Positions 20,473 through 30,785 of a stretch of 64,000 nucleotides of DNA are shown piece by piece. The position numbers and the translations under genes are program-made. The first letter of the stretch is position 1, and the number at the start of each line of letters is the position of its first letter. The notes beneath the pieces are model-generated. The model was not told the origin of the DNA. It ran no database searches and saw only the letters and a program-made list of their open reading frames with translations. Origin of the DNA: a virus; IMG/VR virus record IMGVR_UViG_3300047274_000223. The stretch is one strand, 5' to 3'.

Positions 20473-21834
20473 ATGTTCATGTCAGAGCAATTGCAGGAAA
20501 AGTGGGCACCCATTCTTGAGCACAAAGATGCTGATCCTATCCAGGATACTTACAAGAAGGCTGTCACCTCAGTACTGCTAGAAAACCAAGAGAAGTTCCT
20601 CAGAGAAGAGCGTGGTATGCTCAATGAGGCTGCACCTACCAACTCCCTTGGTGGTACAGGTTTCTCGGGCGGTTCAACCGCAACTGGTCCAGTTGCAGGT
20701 TTCGATCCCGTTCTAATCAGCCTAATCCGCCGTTCGATGCCTAAGCTCATCGCTTATGACATCTGCGGTGTTCAACCCATGACTGGTCCTACTGGACTAA
20801 TCTTCGCAATGCGTTCGACCCAAGGCACCAACCGCGATATCGCTGGTGGCGCTACCGAAGCATTCTTCAACGAAGTTGATTCCGAGCATTCTTCCGAGAA
20901 CAGCGGAAACACCCTCGGATCAAACACCCAGACTGGTTCAAACCCTGGTCTTCTAAATGACAGCGGCACCTACACCATCGGTGGACAAGGTATGACCACT
21001 GCTCAGTCAGAAGCACTTGGCGATGGCGCTGGTAATCACTTCCGTGAGATGGGTTTCTCAATCGAGAAGGTCACCGTAACTGCAAAGTCACGCGCCCTCA
21101 AGGCTGAGTACTCGCTAGAACTCGCACAAGACCTCAAGGCTATCCATGGTCTTGATGCTGAGCAAGAACTAGCAAACATCCTCTCAACCGAGGTTCTTGC
21201 TGAAATCAACCGCGAAGTTGTACGTACCGTATACAAGATCGCTAAGCCTGGTGCTCAGAACAATACCGCTGCTGCTGGTATCTTTGACCTCGACGTTGAT
21301 TCAAACGGTCGTTGGTCTGTTGAGAAGTTCAAGGGTCTTCTATTCCAAATCGAGCGCGAAGCAAACGCAATCGGTCAGCAGACTCGTAGAGGAAAGGGTA
21401 ACTTCATCATCTGCTCTGCAGACGTTGCAAGTGCTCTCGGCATGGCTGGTGTTCTTGACTACACCCCCGCTATCAACGGCAACAATGGTCTTGCTGGTGT
21501 TGACGATACTTCCTCAACTCTAGTCGGAACCCTCAACGGTCGTATCAAGGTTTATGTTGATCCATATTCCGCTAACGTTTCCGATCGTCACTTCTTCGTT
21601 ATGGGTTATAAGGGTTCTTCACCTTACGATGCAGGTCTCTTCTATTGCCCATACGTTCCTCTCCAAATGGTTCGTGCAGTTGGTCAGGACACCTTCCAGC
21701 CTAAGATCGGATTCAAGACTCGTTACGGTATGGTTGCTAACCCATTCGCTGAGGGTCTAACCCAAGGTCAGGGTGCTCTAACCGCTAACGCTAACGTATA
21801 CTACAGACGTGTTCTTGTAGACAACCTAATGTGA
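20473..21834 (+). CDS. gp23: Major capsid protein gp23
   Basis: EKWAPIL, VQPMTGPTGLIFAMR, KSRALKAEYS and QPKIGFKTRYG motifs; late promoter TATAAATA at 20410-20417. Confidence 0.99.
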   Translation: MFMSEQLQEKWAPILEHKDADPIQDTYKKAVTSVLLENQEKFLREERGMLNEAAPTNSLGGTGFSGGSTATGPVAGFDPVLISLIRRSMPKLIAYDICGVQPMTGPTGLIFAMRSTQGTNRDIAGGATEAFFNEVDSEHSSENSGNTLGSNTQTGSNPGLLNDSGTYTIGGQGMTTAQSEALGDGAGNHFREMGFSIEKVTVTAKSRALKAEYSLELAQDLKAIHGLDAEQELANILSTEVLAEINREVVRTVYKIAKPGAQNNTAAAGIFDLDVDSNGRWSVEKFKGLLFQIEREANAIGQQTRRGKGNFIICSADVASALGMAGVLDYTPAINGNNGLAGVDDTSSTLVGTLNGRIKVYVDPYSANVSDRHFFVMGYKGSSPYDAGLFYCPYVPLQMVRAVGQDTFQPKIGFKTRYGMVANPFAEGLTQGQGALTANANVYYRRVLVDNLM

Positions 21835-21852
21835 TCTATTCACATTGATCTG

Positions 21853-21876
21853 AGGACCCTTCGGGGTCCTTTTTTT
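21853..21876 (+). terminator. Rho-independent terminator after gp23
   Basis: AGGACCC-TTCG-GGGTCCT followed by a T run. Confidence 0.92.
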
Positions 21877-21908
21877 ATGCTAAATAATAGGTAGCTTGGG
21901 AAGTTGAC

Positions 21909-22499
21909 ATGTCTGCCAACTGGTATCAACAACAAATATCCAATAACAACTATTTGTCACCAATTGGTTTCAAGTTCATTATTGAAAAGGCACCAAAGAC
22001 TACATTCCTGTGTCAGAGTGCCAGCATTCCAGAAATTTCTTTAGGTGAAGCAACGGTAACAACTCCATTTATTGATTATCCATTAGAAGGAAATTTCACT
22101 TATGGAAGTCTATCATTTCAATTTTTGATTGATGAAGACCTCCAAAATTATTTGGAAATCCATAACTGGATGAGAGCGTTAGGTGTACCCTACTCGTTCA
22201 CAGAAAGAAGAGAATTTGAAGACGCTGTTAAAAGAAAGATTAATAGAACTAACGATAGAAATATTTTTAGTGATGGGACATTACTTGTACAAACAAATAA
22301 CCTAACATCAAATTTTGATGTGCTATTTGTAGATATGTTCCCAACCTCACTATCTACTCTTGAGTTTGATGCAACAGTAAACGAAACAAACTTTATGACG
22401 GCAAATGTATCGTTTGCATACACATATTACGAAGTCAGACATCAAGGTGAGATGAGAAGAAGAAAGGTCAGCTGGTGGGAACCATTAGACGATCTCTGA
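21909..22499 (+). CDS. gp3: Tail tube terminator / completion protein gp3
   Basis: NYLSPIGFKF, FLIDEDLQNYLEIHNWM and FPTSLSTLEFD motifs. Confidence 0.92.
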   Translation: MSANWYQQQISNNNYLSPIGFKFIIEKAPKTTFLCQSASIPEISLGEATVTTPFIDYPLEGNFTYGSLSFQFLIDEDLQNYLEIHNWMRALGVPYSFTERREFEDAVKRKINRTNDRNIFSDGTLLVQTNNLTSNFDVLFVDMFPTSLSTLEFDATVNETNFMTANVSFAYTYYEVRHQGEMRRRKVSWWEPLDDL

Positions 22500-22526
22500 T
22501 ATAATATGAATACTTGAGGATTTATT

Positions 22527-22955
22527 ATGAACCTAGATCAAATTCAGGAGATGTGGAAGAAAGATTCGGAGATGGACTCCGATCTACTCTGCGAAGAATC
22601 TCTGCGTGTACCACAACTACACCAAAAGTATTTTGAATTGTATAACACATTCTCCATGATGAAGAAGGAGAATGAATATAAATTGAAGACTCTAATTAGA
22701 GACAAGTGGAAGTATTACAAAGGTAAGGCTCCAAAAGAGATCTACAAAGAGATTCCATTTGATCTCAAACTTACAACTAAAGATGAAATTGAAATGTTCC
22801 TTGATGCAGATGAGGACATTCAAAAGGCACAATACAAAGTGGACTACATAGATCAGATACTCACCTATCTTGATAGTATTTTGAAAATGGTCAGTAATCG
22901 CTCCTACCAAATCAAGAATGCAATCGAGTGGGAGAGATTTAAATCGGGAGTATAG
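22527..22955 (+). CDS. uvsY: UvsY recombination mediator
   Basis: PQLHQKY, KWKYYKGKA and RSYQIKNAIEW motifs. Confidence 0.93.
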   Translation: MNLDQIQEMWKKDSEMDSDLLCEESLRVPQLHQKYFELYNTFSMMKKENEYKLKTLIRDKWKYYKGKAPKEIYKEIPFDLKLTTKDEIEMFLDADEDIQKAQYKVDYIDQILTYLDSILKMVSNRSYQIKNAIEWERFKSGV

Positions 22956-22956
22956 A

Positions 22957-24432
22957 ATGGATTTGAAGATTCGTAAGAAGAACGAAGTATATTTAAAGAT
23001 TGAAACAGAACCACATATTAACGTTGAGTTAGCAGAATACTTTACCTTTGATGTCCCAAATGCGAAATTTATGCCACAGTTTCGCAATCGCGTTTGGGAT
23101 GGCAAGATTCGTTTATACTCCCCAGGAACAGGAGAGTTATATTGTGGTCTCGTAGAATATCTTGAGGAGTGGTGTAATGAAAGAGGATATACTTACGAAC
23201 ACTCAGAATGTAAGTTCTATGGACATCCCCATGATACTAATGAGTTTGTATCTCCAGAGGCTGTGGTCTCTTTCGTGAAATCTCTTGGTATGCCACATAA
23301 GGTAAGAGACTACCAGTACAGAGCAATCTACGAAGCACTCAAGCACAACAGAAGACTTTTACTATCTCCTACAGCATCAGGTAAATCCCTGATGATCTAT
23401 TCCATCATTCGCTATCATGTGAATGCTGGTAGGAAAATGCTGCTTGTCGTTCCCACTACATCCCTGGTAGAGCAGATGTACAAAGACTTTGAAGACTACG
23501 GTTGGAATGCTGCAGCACACTGCTATAAAATCTACGCAGGTAGAGATAAGTATGGGATTGATGCTGATGTTGTCATTACAACCTGGCAGTCTATTTACAA
23601 AGAAGATAAGAAATGGTTTAATAATTTTGACGGTGTGATTGTTGACGAAGCACACCTAGCAAAAGCAAAATCACTTACAGGTATCATGACTAAGTTGCAT
23701 GATTGTAAGTATCGCATTGGATTTACAGGAACTCTTGATGGAAGCTACACAAACAAGTTAGTTCTTGAAGGTATCTTTGGTAAGTGTAATCAAGTTACCA
23801 AGACAAATGATCTAATGAAAGAAGGTCATCTGAGCAAATTAAAGATCAAGGTTCTTCTACTGAAGCACAAGTTTACCAAGTTTGAATCCTATCAAGATGA
23901 AATTGATTACATTATTTCCCATCCTGGGAGGAATAAGTTGATTCGTAATTTGTGTCGAGATCTAAAAGGAAATACCCTAGTACTCTTCTCTTATGTCGAG
24001 AAGCATGGAGACGTTCTTTATGATCTCATAAATAGTAAGGTAGGCGATACCCGCAAGGTATTCTTTATTCATGGTGGTGTAGATACAGAAGAAAGGGAAG
24101 CAGCTAGACAAATCTGTGAAAAAGAATCAGACGCGATTATTGTTGCTAGTTATGGAACTTTCTCTACTGGGATTAATATCCGCAATCTTCATAACGTTAT
24201 CTTTGCATCACCTTCTAAATCGCGTGTTCGTAATCTTCAATCTATAGGTCGTATTCTTCGTAAGGGAGAAAATAAAAATCAAGCAACTTTATATGATATT
24301 GCTGATGATATCTCATCAAACAACTTGAAAAACTTCACACTAAATCACTTAGTAGAAAGAGTTAAGATATACAATGAAGAAAAATTTGATTATGAAATTA
24401 TAGAAGTTCGTTTAAAAGATTCCTATGATTAA
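22957..24432 (+). CDS. uvsW: UvsW DNA helicase
   Basis: SPTASGKS, VIVDEAH, GFTGT and FSTGINIRNLHN...QSIGRILR motifs; start taken at MDLKI. Confidence 0.97.
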   Translation: MDLKIRKKNEVYLKIETEPHINVELAEYFTFDVPNAKFMPQFRNRVWDGKIRLYSPGTGELYCGLVEYLEEWCNERGYTYEHSECKFYGHPHDTNEFVSPEAVVSFVKSLGMPHKVRDYQYRAIYEALKHNRRLLLSPTASGKSLMIYSIIRYHVNAGRKMLLVVPTTSLVEQMYKDFEDYGWNAAAHCYKIYAGRDKYGIDADVVITTWQSIYKEDKKWFNNFDGVIVDEAHLAKAKSLTGIMTKLHDCKYRIGFTGTLDGSYTNKLVLEGIFGKCNQVTKTNDLMKEGHLSKLKIKVLLLKHKFTKFESYQDEIDYIISHPGRNKLIRNLCRDLKGNTLVLFSYVEKHGDVLYDLINSKVGDTRKVFFIHGGVDTEEREAARQICEKESDAIIVASYGTFSTGINIRNLHNVIFASPSKSRVRNLQSIGRILRKGENKNQATLYDIADDISSNNLKNFTLNHLVERVKIYNEEKFDYEIIEVRLKDSYD

Positions 24433-24865
24433 TTACATCCGTCATGACGAAGAGTTTTACTTTTTAGCTAAACTAGTTTCTGGTGAATCTATCATCGGAA
24501 ATGGTTTTGCTATTGAAGAGGGAGGAAGTACCCAAATTTATGTTACTGATCCCGTAGAAGTGCAAGTTGTAACAAGACAACTTGGTGATACTAATAAAGG
24601 AGTCAAGGGAGTATCCATGAATAAATGGATGGAATTCTCTGATGAAGACTTCTTTATTATTAATGAAAAAGATATTATGAGTATTGCTGGGTTATCTCAG
24701 GAAATGATTTACATGTACGAACTTTTCATAAAAAAATCTCCAGATAAGGAGAACATAAAGGATGTTATTGATGAAAAGAAAGTAGATATGGATTCTGAAA
24801 TGGGATTAAAGGGTAGGGTAAATGAAGTAAGAAAGAAATTAGAAGACCTTTATAAAAAGAGCTAA
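24425..24865 (+). CDS. Sm-like small beta-barrel hypothetical protein
   Basis: KLVSGESII motif and W-M-x-F-S-D segment typical of the conserved gene between uvsW and gp55. Confidence 0.6.
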   Translation: MINYIRHDEEFYFLAKLVSGESIIGNGFAIEEGGSTQIYVTDPVEVQVVTRQLGDTNKGVKGVSMNKWMEFSDEDFFIINEKDIMSIAGLSQEMIYMYELFIKKSPDKENIKDVIDEKKVDMDSEMGLKGRVNEVRKKLEDLYKKS

Positions 24866-24892
24866 TATATCTCTTGAACCCTGAGCAGAGTT

Positions 24893-24921
24893 ATTCTACA
24901 CAGATTTTAGATAGTTGTCAA
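24893..24921 (-). promoter_or_regulatory. Antisense sigma70-type promoter, back-to-back with the gp55 promoter
   Basis: Minus strand TTGACA (24921-24916)-N17-TAGAAT (24898-24893). Confidence 0.6.
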
Positions 24922-24933
24922 GTACTTCATGGC

Positions 24934-24962
24934 TTGACAACTATTCTTTTTTAGGATATACT
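24934..24962 (+). promoter_or_regulatory. Sigma70-type promoter for gp55
   Basis: TTGACA-N17-TATACT. Confidence 0.85.
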
Positions 24963-24983
24963 CACATTAAATAACCAAATCGT

Positions 24984-25451
24984 ATGATTGAAAAGAAAAA
25001 GCAACATTACTTAGACAATAAAGAGTTCTTAAATGCTCTTGTAGAATACAGAATCAGTGTTGCCAAAGCTAAAGCTGCCGATCTGCCAAAACCAAGAGTC
25101 AATGATTACATTGGCGAATGCTTTTTAAAGATTGCAACACACCTATCATATCGTCCAAATTTTATCAACTACATGTATAAAGACGATATGATTTGTGATG
25201 GCATAGAAAACTGTATTCAATACGTTGATAATTTCGATCCAGAAAAGTCAACCAATCCATTTGCCTATTTTACTCAAATTGTTTACTATGCATTTCTTAG
25301 ACGAATTGCAAAGGAAAAACGTCAGATGGATATCAAAGAAAAATTGATCGAAAGATCTGGATATGAAGAAGTATTCACCTCAGACGGTGATGATATTAAC
25401 AATTCTTACAACCAAATTAAGTCTAACATCGAATACAGTACTAGATATTAA
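24984..25451 (+). CDS. gp55: Late transcription sigma factor gp55
   Basis: HYLDNKEF, YRPNFINY and NPFAYFTQIVYYAFLRRIAKEK motifs. Confidence 0.97.
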   Translation: MIEKKKQHYLDNKEFLNALVEYRISVAKAKAADLPKPRVNDYIGECFLKIATHLSYRPNFINYMYKDDMICDGIENCIQYVDNFDPEKSTNPFAYFTQIVYYAFLRRIAKEKRQMDIKEKLIERSGYEEVFTSDGDDINNSYNQIKSNIEYSTRY

Positions 25452-25453
25452 TT

Positions 25454-26485
25454 ATGAAAGTTCTCGTTATTACTGATCAACACTTCGGTGTTCGTAACGA
25501 TTCGTTAGTATATGTAGATTACTATAGAAAATTCTATAGTAATGTGGTTATCCCATTTATCAAGAAGTATAATATCAAACATGTTCTCTGTCTTGGAGAT
25601 ACGTTTGACCGCCGTAAATCCGTAAACTTCAATTCACTTGAAGCCGCTAAAGATATGTGGTTTGATACCTTGGAAACCATGGGAGTGCAAATGACCATGT
25701 TAGTAGGTAACCATGATATTTACTATAAAAACACTCTACGAGTTAATGCCCCATCTCTCCTCTTGGGAGAGTATGGCAACATTCAGATTATGGATGGCCC
25801 TGGTGAATTCCTTCTTGGTTCTTTGCCTGTACTTGGCATCCCTTGGATATGTGATGACAATCGATCCAGAACTTACGAACTTCTGGAACAATCTACTGCA
25901 CCTCTCTGTGTGGGCCATCTTGAGTTTAACGGTTTTGAGACTGTGCCTGGAATTGTAATGGAGCATGGAATTGACCAGCAACCATTTAAGAAATTTGATA
26001 AAGTACTTTCTGGACACTTTCATACCAAATCCAGTAAAGGTAATATTTTTTACCTTGGTAATCCGTATGAACTATATTGGAACGATTATCAGTCTCCACG
26101 GGGATTTCATATTCTAGATACTGATACTTTAGATCTGAAGTTCTATCGTAATCCTTATACTATGTTTGAGAAATATTACTATAAGGATGGTGATGAACTT
26201 CCTGAGACAGACAAGTTCTCTGGTAAGTATGTTAAACTGATCGTAGAAGATAAGCAAGATCATGTAAAGTTTGACAGATTGGTTAAATTGCTCTATGATG
26301 CCAATGTTGCAGATCTAAAAATTATTGAAGATCTTTCCATTGAGTTTGAGGGTATTGATGATGATGTGGAAACTGAAGACACTATGACGCTTCTTGAGAA
26401 ATATATAGATGAAGTGGAATGTTCTAATCGAGATTCGATTAAAGGCATTATGAAGTCCCTTTATTTGGAAGCTTGTGAGTATTAA
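25454..26485 (+). CDS. gp47: Recombination endonuclease gp47 (Mre11/SbcD-like)
   Basis: TDQHFG, LGDTFD, GNHD and SGHFH metallophosphoesterase motifs. Confidence 0.97.
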   Translation: MKVLVITDQHFGVRNDSLVYVDYYRKFYSNVVIPFIKKYNIKHVLCLGDTFDRRKSVNFNSLEAAKDMWFDTLETMGVQMTMLVGNHDIYYKNTLRVNAPSLLLGEYGNIQIMDGPGEFLLGSLPVLGIPWICDDNRSRTYELLEQSTAPLCVGHLEFNGFETVPGIVMEHGIDQQPFKKFDKVLSGHFHTKSSKGNIFYLGNPYELYWNDYQSPRGFHILDTDTLDLKFYRNPYTMFEKYYYKDGDELPETDKFSGKYVKLIVEDKQDHVKFDRLVKLLYDANVADLKIIEDLSIEFEGIDDDVETEDTMTLLEKYIDEVECSNRDSIKGIMKSLYLEACEY

Positions 26486-26736
26486 TGTATATACTAGTAT
26501 CTAAAAAGCATGGAGGAGTCTATGCTGTAAAAAATAAGGATGGCCTTAGAACAGTTCAAATATTTGAATCTGAAGATGATGCCGTTCGTTACCATGGACT
26601 CTTGCTTGCTGACAATTTTGATGATACACTAGAGATTGCAGAGTGCGAACCAGAACAAGTCGCACAGAGTTGTGCTATCTATGGTTACAACTATTGTTTT
26701 ATTGAAACTGATGACATTGTATTTCCACCTACATGA
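26485..26736 (+). CDS. Conserved hypothetical protein (DUF3110-like)
   Basis: GGVYAV...VQIFESEDDAVRY motif in the usual gp47-gp46 gap. Confidence 0.65.
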   Translation: MYILVSKKHGGVYAVKNKDGLRTVQIFESEDDAVRYHGLLLADNFDDTLEIAECEPEQVAQSCAIYGYNYCFIETDDIVFPPT

Positions 26737-28451
26737 TTACTTTTAATACTATTCGTTGGAAAAATTTCCTCTCTACGGGAAACCAATTCACTGAACTTGA
26801 ATTAGATAAGAGTCAATCCACGTTGATTCAGGGATCTAATGGTGCTGGTAAATCAACACTATTGGATGCTTTGTGTTTTGGATTGTTCAACAAGCCATTT
26901 CGTAAGATCAACAAACCCCAACTTGTAAATTCTATCAACGAGAAGGATTGTGTAGTTGAAATTGAGTTTACGATTGGAAATATTGTTTGGCGAGTTCACA
27001 GAGGAATCAAACCTAACAAGTTTGAAGTGTATCGTAATGATGTCCTAGTAGATCAGGTTGCTGCGAATGCAGATCAACAGAAATGGTTGGAGCAGAATGT
27101 TCTGAAAATGAACTTCAAGAGTTTCACTCAGGTTGTTATTCTTGGATCATCCACCTTTGTTCCATTCATGCAACTGACTCCCGCATATCGTCGAGAAGTG
27201 ATCGAAGATATTCTTGATATTCAGATCTTCTCTACGATGAATGTTCTTCTTAAGGATAGGCTTCGTCAGACAATTGAAAGGCAAAGAGAGTGTGGATATG
27301 ATCTTAAGTCTGCAGAAGATAAAGTTAAGATGCAAGAAGAGTACATTCGCAATTCGCAAACAGCGAACGGTGATGTAATTTTAACCAAACAGCAAGAGAT
27401 TGCTAAGATTGAAGAAGAGATCTTTGATCTACAAAAGCAGATCAATATGCTGGAAGCGGAGAATCTTGATATTGATGCTCACACTTCCGAATTTGATACG
27501 ATCTCCAAGCAGATTCGTAAACTAAACGAACTGCATTTCAAAATCTCTCACAATAAAACAGATGCTGAAAAAAATTTAGACTTCTTTCACGATAATGATA
27601 CATGTCCAACGTGTACTCAAACTATCGAAAAAGAGTTCAAAGATCGGAAAATTTCCGATCTTCGTAGTAAAACTCTTCAATATATTGATGGTCTTTCTAA
27701 GATGAAAGACCAACTCGAAGATCTTGATAAGCAATATACTGCTCTTCAAGAACGTAGAGATATTAAGAAGTCAAATGCATCAAAGATTTTTCATCTTTCT
27801 AATATTATCAGCAGAAATGAAAATTCAATTAAATCTCTAAAAAATGAGATCAACCGTCTTTCTGATTCTCCTGATATTGCTAAAATGCAAGGTAAGTTAG
27901 AAGTCTATCGGGAAGAGTATTCTCAGATTGAACAACAATGTGCGGAGGTTTCTAAACAAAAAACTGAGTATGAAGTGATTGGTAATCTACTTAAAGATGG
28001 TGGTATCAAAGCCCAGATCATTAAGAAGTATATCCCTGTGATCAACAACCGTATCAACAGGCACTTGACAAACATGGATTTCTATGTTAACTTCACTCTA
28101 GATGAAGAGTTTGATGAGGTCATTAAGTCTCGCTACCGTGATGAGTTTTCATACGCATCGTTTTCGGAGGGGGAAAAACAAAAGATCGATTTAGCTCTTC
28201 TCTTCACTTGGAGGGAGATTGCTAGAATGAAGAGTAGTGTTTCCACTAACCTTTTGATTCTAGATGAAGTGTTCGACAGTTCCTTGGATGCATCGGGAAC
28301 TGAGGAATTACTTAAAATTCTTAAGAGCCTAGATAGTTCTACGAATACGTTCGTAATCTCTCACAAAGGTGAGATCCTTATCGATAAGTTTGTGAATAAC
28401 ATTCGATTCGATAAGGTATCAGACTTCAGCAAAATCGTTGAGGAAGTCTAG
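26733..28451 (+). CDS. gp46: Recombination ATPase gp46 (Rad50/SbcC-like)
   Basis: GSNGAGKS, CPTC zinc hook, SFSEGEKQKIDLAL and LILDEVFDSSLD motifs. Confidence 0.98.
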   Translation: MITFNTIRWKNFLSTGNQFTELELDKSQSTLIQGSNGAGKSTLLDALCFGLFNKPFRKINKPQLVNSINEKDCVVEIEFTIGNIVWRVHRGIKPNKFEVYRNDVLVDQVAANADQQKWLEQNVLKMNFKSFTQVVILGSSTFVPFMQLTPAYRREVIEDILDIQIFSTMNVLLKDRLRQTIERQRECGYDLKSAEDKVKMQEEYIRNSQTANGDVILTKQQEIAKIEEEIFDLQKQINMLEAENLDIDAHTSEFDTISKQIRKLNELHFKISHNKTDAEKNLDFFHDNDTCPTCTQTIEKEFKDRKISDLRSKTLQYIDGLSKMKDQLEDLDKQYTALQERRDIKKSNASKIFHLSNIISRNENSIKSLKNEINRLSDSPDIAKMQGKLEVYREEYSQIEQQCAEVSKQKTEYEVIGNLLKDGGIKAQIIKKYIPVINNRINRHLTNMDFYVNFTLDEEFDEVIKSRYRDEFSYASFSEGEKQKIDLALLFTWREIARMKSSVSTNLLILDEVFDSSLDASGTEELLKILKSLDSSTNTFVISHKGEILIDKFVNNIRFDKVSDFSKIVEEV

Positions 28452-28504
28452 ATAGAGGGTAAGCCTCTGTTATATCCTTGAGGTATATTACGCTTACTCC
28501 ATCT

Positions 28505-28577
28505 GGGGAATTAGCTCAGTTGGTAGAGCACCTGCTTTGCAAGCAGGCTGTCAGGAGTTCGAGTCTCCTATTCTCCA
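28505..28577 (+). tRNA. trnA: tRNA-Ala (anticodon UGC), CCA not encoded
   Basis: Cloverleaf: acceptor GGGGAAT/ATTCTCC plus A discriminator, D-arm TAGCTCAGTTGGTAGAGC, anticodon arm CCTGC-TTTGCAA-GCAGG, T-loop GTTCGAG. Confidence 0.97.
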
Positions 28578-28606
28578 TTCATAAGCAACACTTATCGGTC
28601 AACCCC

Positions 28607-28635
28607 TTGACCCTTGGTTCGTTGTGCTCTATATT
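28607..28635 (+). promoter_or_regulatory. Early sigma70-type promoter
   Basis: TTGACC-N17-TATATT, then a GAGG RBS before ATG 28659. Confidence 0.85.
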
Positions 28636-28658
28636 AGGTACATACGAAACGAGGTCCG

Positions 28659-30785
28659 ATGCCCGTCAACCCTGAAGTTAAAGGAACCCTTGCCAAACTG
28701 CTTGCCACTGAGAATCTGAACGTGGAGCATCGTCAGGTTCCTACTGCGTATTTTGAAGTCGATAACCGTACCCTTTGCCTGCCGATCTGGAAGAACGTCT
28801 CTGGCACCGTCTATGACCTCCTGGTAGGTCATGAAGTCGGTCATGCACTCTATACCCCTGTGGACTACGGTGCGGTCTCTCAGGCAATCCCACAGGACAT
28901 TCTGAACGTGCTGGAGGATGTTCGTGTAGAGAAACTCATGAAACGTCGTTATCCTGGTCTCTCCAAGTCGTTCTATCACGGCTATAACGAGATGAACGAT
29001 ATGGATTTCTTTGAGATTAAGGAGAAAGATCTTGGTAAGATGTCCTTGATCGACCGTATCAACATCCATTACAAGGTTGGTGTTGTTGGCAATCGCACCA
29101 TCGTTCCTTTTGAACGTGATGAGATTGAGTGGGTCAATCGTGCTGCTGAGACTGAAACCTGGGATGATCTTGTGGATCTTGCTTTTGCTCTGATGGATTA
29201 TCTGAAGCAGAAGAAAGTTGAGGAGAAAGAAGTTCCTGCTCCTCAGACTTCTGGTGGTGGTGATGAACCTCAACCTCCCCAAATGCCTGGTAGTTCCAAT
29301 ATGGAAACTCAAGGTAATTCTACTCAAGGTTCTGACTTTGAGAATGAGGATGAAGAGTCTACTCCAGATGGGGGTAATTCCACCCCGATTGGGGGTAAGA
29401 ATGAGGTGAACGAGAATGTCTCGGAAACTCAACGTGCTATGGATGAAAATCAGCAGCAACTTGTTGATGAACGTGCAAAGGAATATTTGTACATCAATCT
29501 TCCTAAGTTTGATCTGAGTCAAACGATTGTTCCTTTCAAAACTAACGTTGAGAAGATGAGCAATTCTTTTAATGCTTGGCATCAACGTTCTGATCTGGAA
29601 CGTCCTGTGGAAGAGTATCGTAAGTACAAGAAAGATAGCATCAAGACTGTGAACTATCTTGTGAAAGAGTTTGAGTGTAAGAAAGCTGCAGATCAGTATG
29701 CTCGTGCATCAACTTCTCGCACTGGTGTTCTTGATACTACCCGTCTTCACACTTACAAGTTCAGTGATGATGTATTCAAGAAAGTGACCACCATTCCTGA
29801 TGGTAAGAATCACGGTCTTGTGTTCTATCTGGACTGGTCTGGTTCTATGTCCAGCAGCATGATCTCTACGATCAAGCAATTGTATGATTTGATGTGGTTC
29901 TGTAAGAAGTGTGCTATTCCTTTCCGAGTGTATGCTTTCTCGGATTGTCATGTTAATGATCAACTGTTTCCTGGCAAACCGACTCCTAATAATGAAGGTG
30001 ATTTGAATATCGATCGATCATTCCGTCTGTTTGAGTTCTTCTCTTCTAAGATGAACACTCAAACCTTTGATAAGATGATGGAAGTATTCTTTGTTAATTG
30101 CTGGGGGTTCTATCGTGGTAATTGGTATGATTATGAATATTCTCTCTCTGGCACCCCTCTGGTAGAAGCAATCGTTTCCACCCCTCAGGTTGTCGAGAAA
30201 TTCAAAAGTGAAGAGAAAGTTCAGAAAGTTAACGTGATTTATCTTACTGATGGAGAGGCTTGTACTCCTTGCTATAACAAATACATTCCTGCTTTGAAGG
30301 AAGTTCATTCACAACCCATTTATGGTGATAAAATTACTGTTCTCCGTGATCCTAAGAGTCGGTTTCAAACTCAAATCAATACGGATCGTCATGGAATCAC
30401 TAACACCTTTGTTGGTTATATTTCCAACATCGTGAACTACAATCTGCTTGGTTTCCGTCTTTGCTCCAAGAGTGAAGTTCGTATTCAAGCAAATTACTGT
30501 GAGATGCCTTTTGATGAAGTTGCTAAACTGGATAAAGAGTGGACTAAGAATAAGTCTGTGACCATTAAAGGTTGTGGTTTTAAGGAACTGTATTTGATTC
30601 ATGGTACTGATGATTCTTACAATCGTTATCGTTACTGGAATCCAGATGGAAAGAAAGATTCTAATGAAATTGAAGTGAAAGATGTATCTTCCAAGTCCCA
30701 ACTTACCACTGCATTTAAGAAACATATGAATGGTAAGATGGTCAATAAGGTAATCTTATCAAAGTTCGTGGGTCAAATCGCTTGA
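28659..30785 (+). CDS. CobT-like protein: N-terminal zincin (HExxH) domain, acidic linker, VWA domain
   Basis: GHEVGHALY; LEDVRVE; MIDAS motif YLDWSGSMS; YLTDGE; partner of the downstream AAA+ gene. Confidence 0.85.
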   Translation: MPVNPEVKGTLAKLLATENLNVEHRQVPTAYFEVDNRTLCLPIWKNVSGTVYDLLVGHEVGHALYTPVDYGAVSQAIPQDILNVLEDVRVEKLMKRRYPGLSKSFYHGYNEMNDMDFFEIKEKDLGKMSLIDRINIHYKVGVVGNRTIVPFERDEIEWVNRAAETETWDDLVDLAFALMDYLKQKKVEEKEVPAPQTSGGGDEPQPPQMPGSSNMETQGNSTQGSDFENEDEESTPDGGNSTPIGGKNEVNENVSETQRAMDENQQQLVDERAKEYLYINLPKFDLSQTIVPFKTNVEKMSNSFNAWHQRSDLERPVEEYRKYKKDSIKTVNYLVKEFECKKAADQYARASTSRTGVLDTTRLHTYKFSDDVFKKVTTIPDGKNHGLVFYLDWSGSMSSSMISTIKQLYDLMWFCKKCAIPFRVYAFSDCHVNDQLFPGKPTPNNEGDLNIDRSFRLFEFFSSKMNTQTFDKMMEVFFVNCWGFYRGNWYDYEYSLSGTPLVEAIVSTPQVVEKFKSEEKVQKVNVIYLTDGEACTPCYNKYIPALKEVHSQPIYGDKITVLRDPKSRFQTQINTDRHGITNTFVGYISNIVNYNLLGFRLCSKSEVRIQANYCEMPFDEVAKLDKEWTKNKSVTIKGCGFKELYLIHGTDDSYNRYRYWNPDGKKDSNEIEVKDVSSKSQLTTAFKKHMNGKMVNKVILSKFVGQIA

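Noticed and set aside
28455-28469. Hairpin AGAGG-GTAAG-CCTCT after gp46 as a terminator
   Set aside because: Only 5 bp with no proper U-tract, so support is too weak.
28478-28675. 65-aa plus-strand ORF
   Set aside because: It overlaps the tRNA-Ala gene and the early promoter, so it is not a protein gene.
28629-29585. 318-aa minus-strand ORF antisense to the cobT-like gene
   Set aside because: Same shadow-ORF artefact of sense-strand codon bias.
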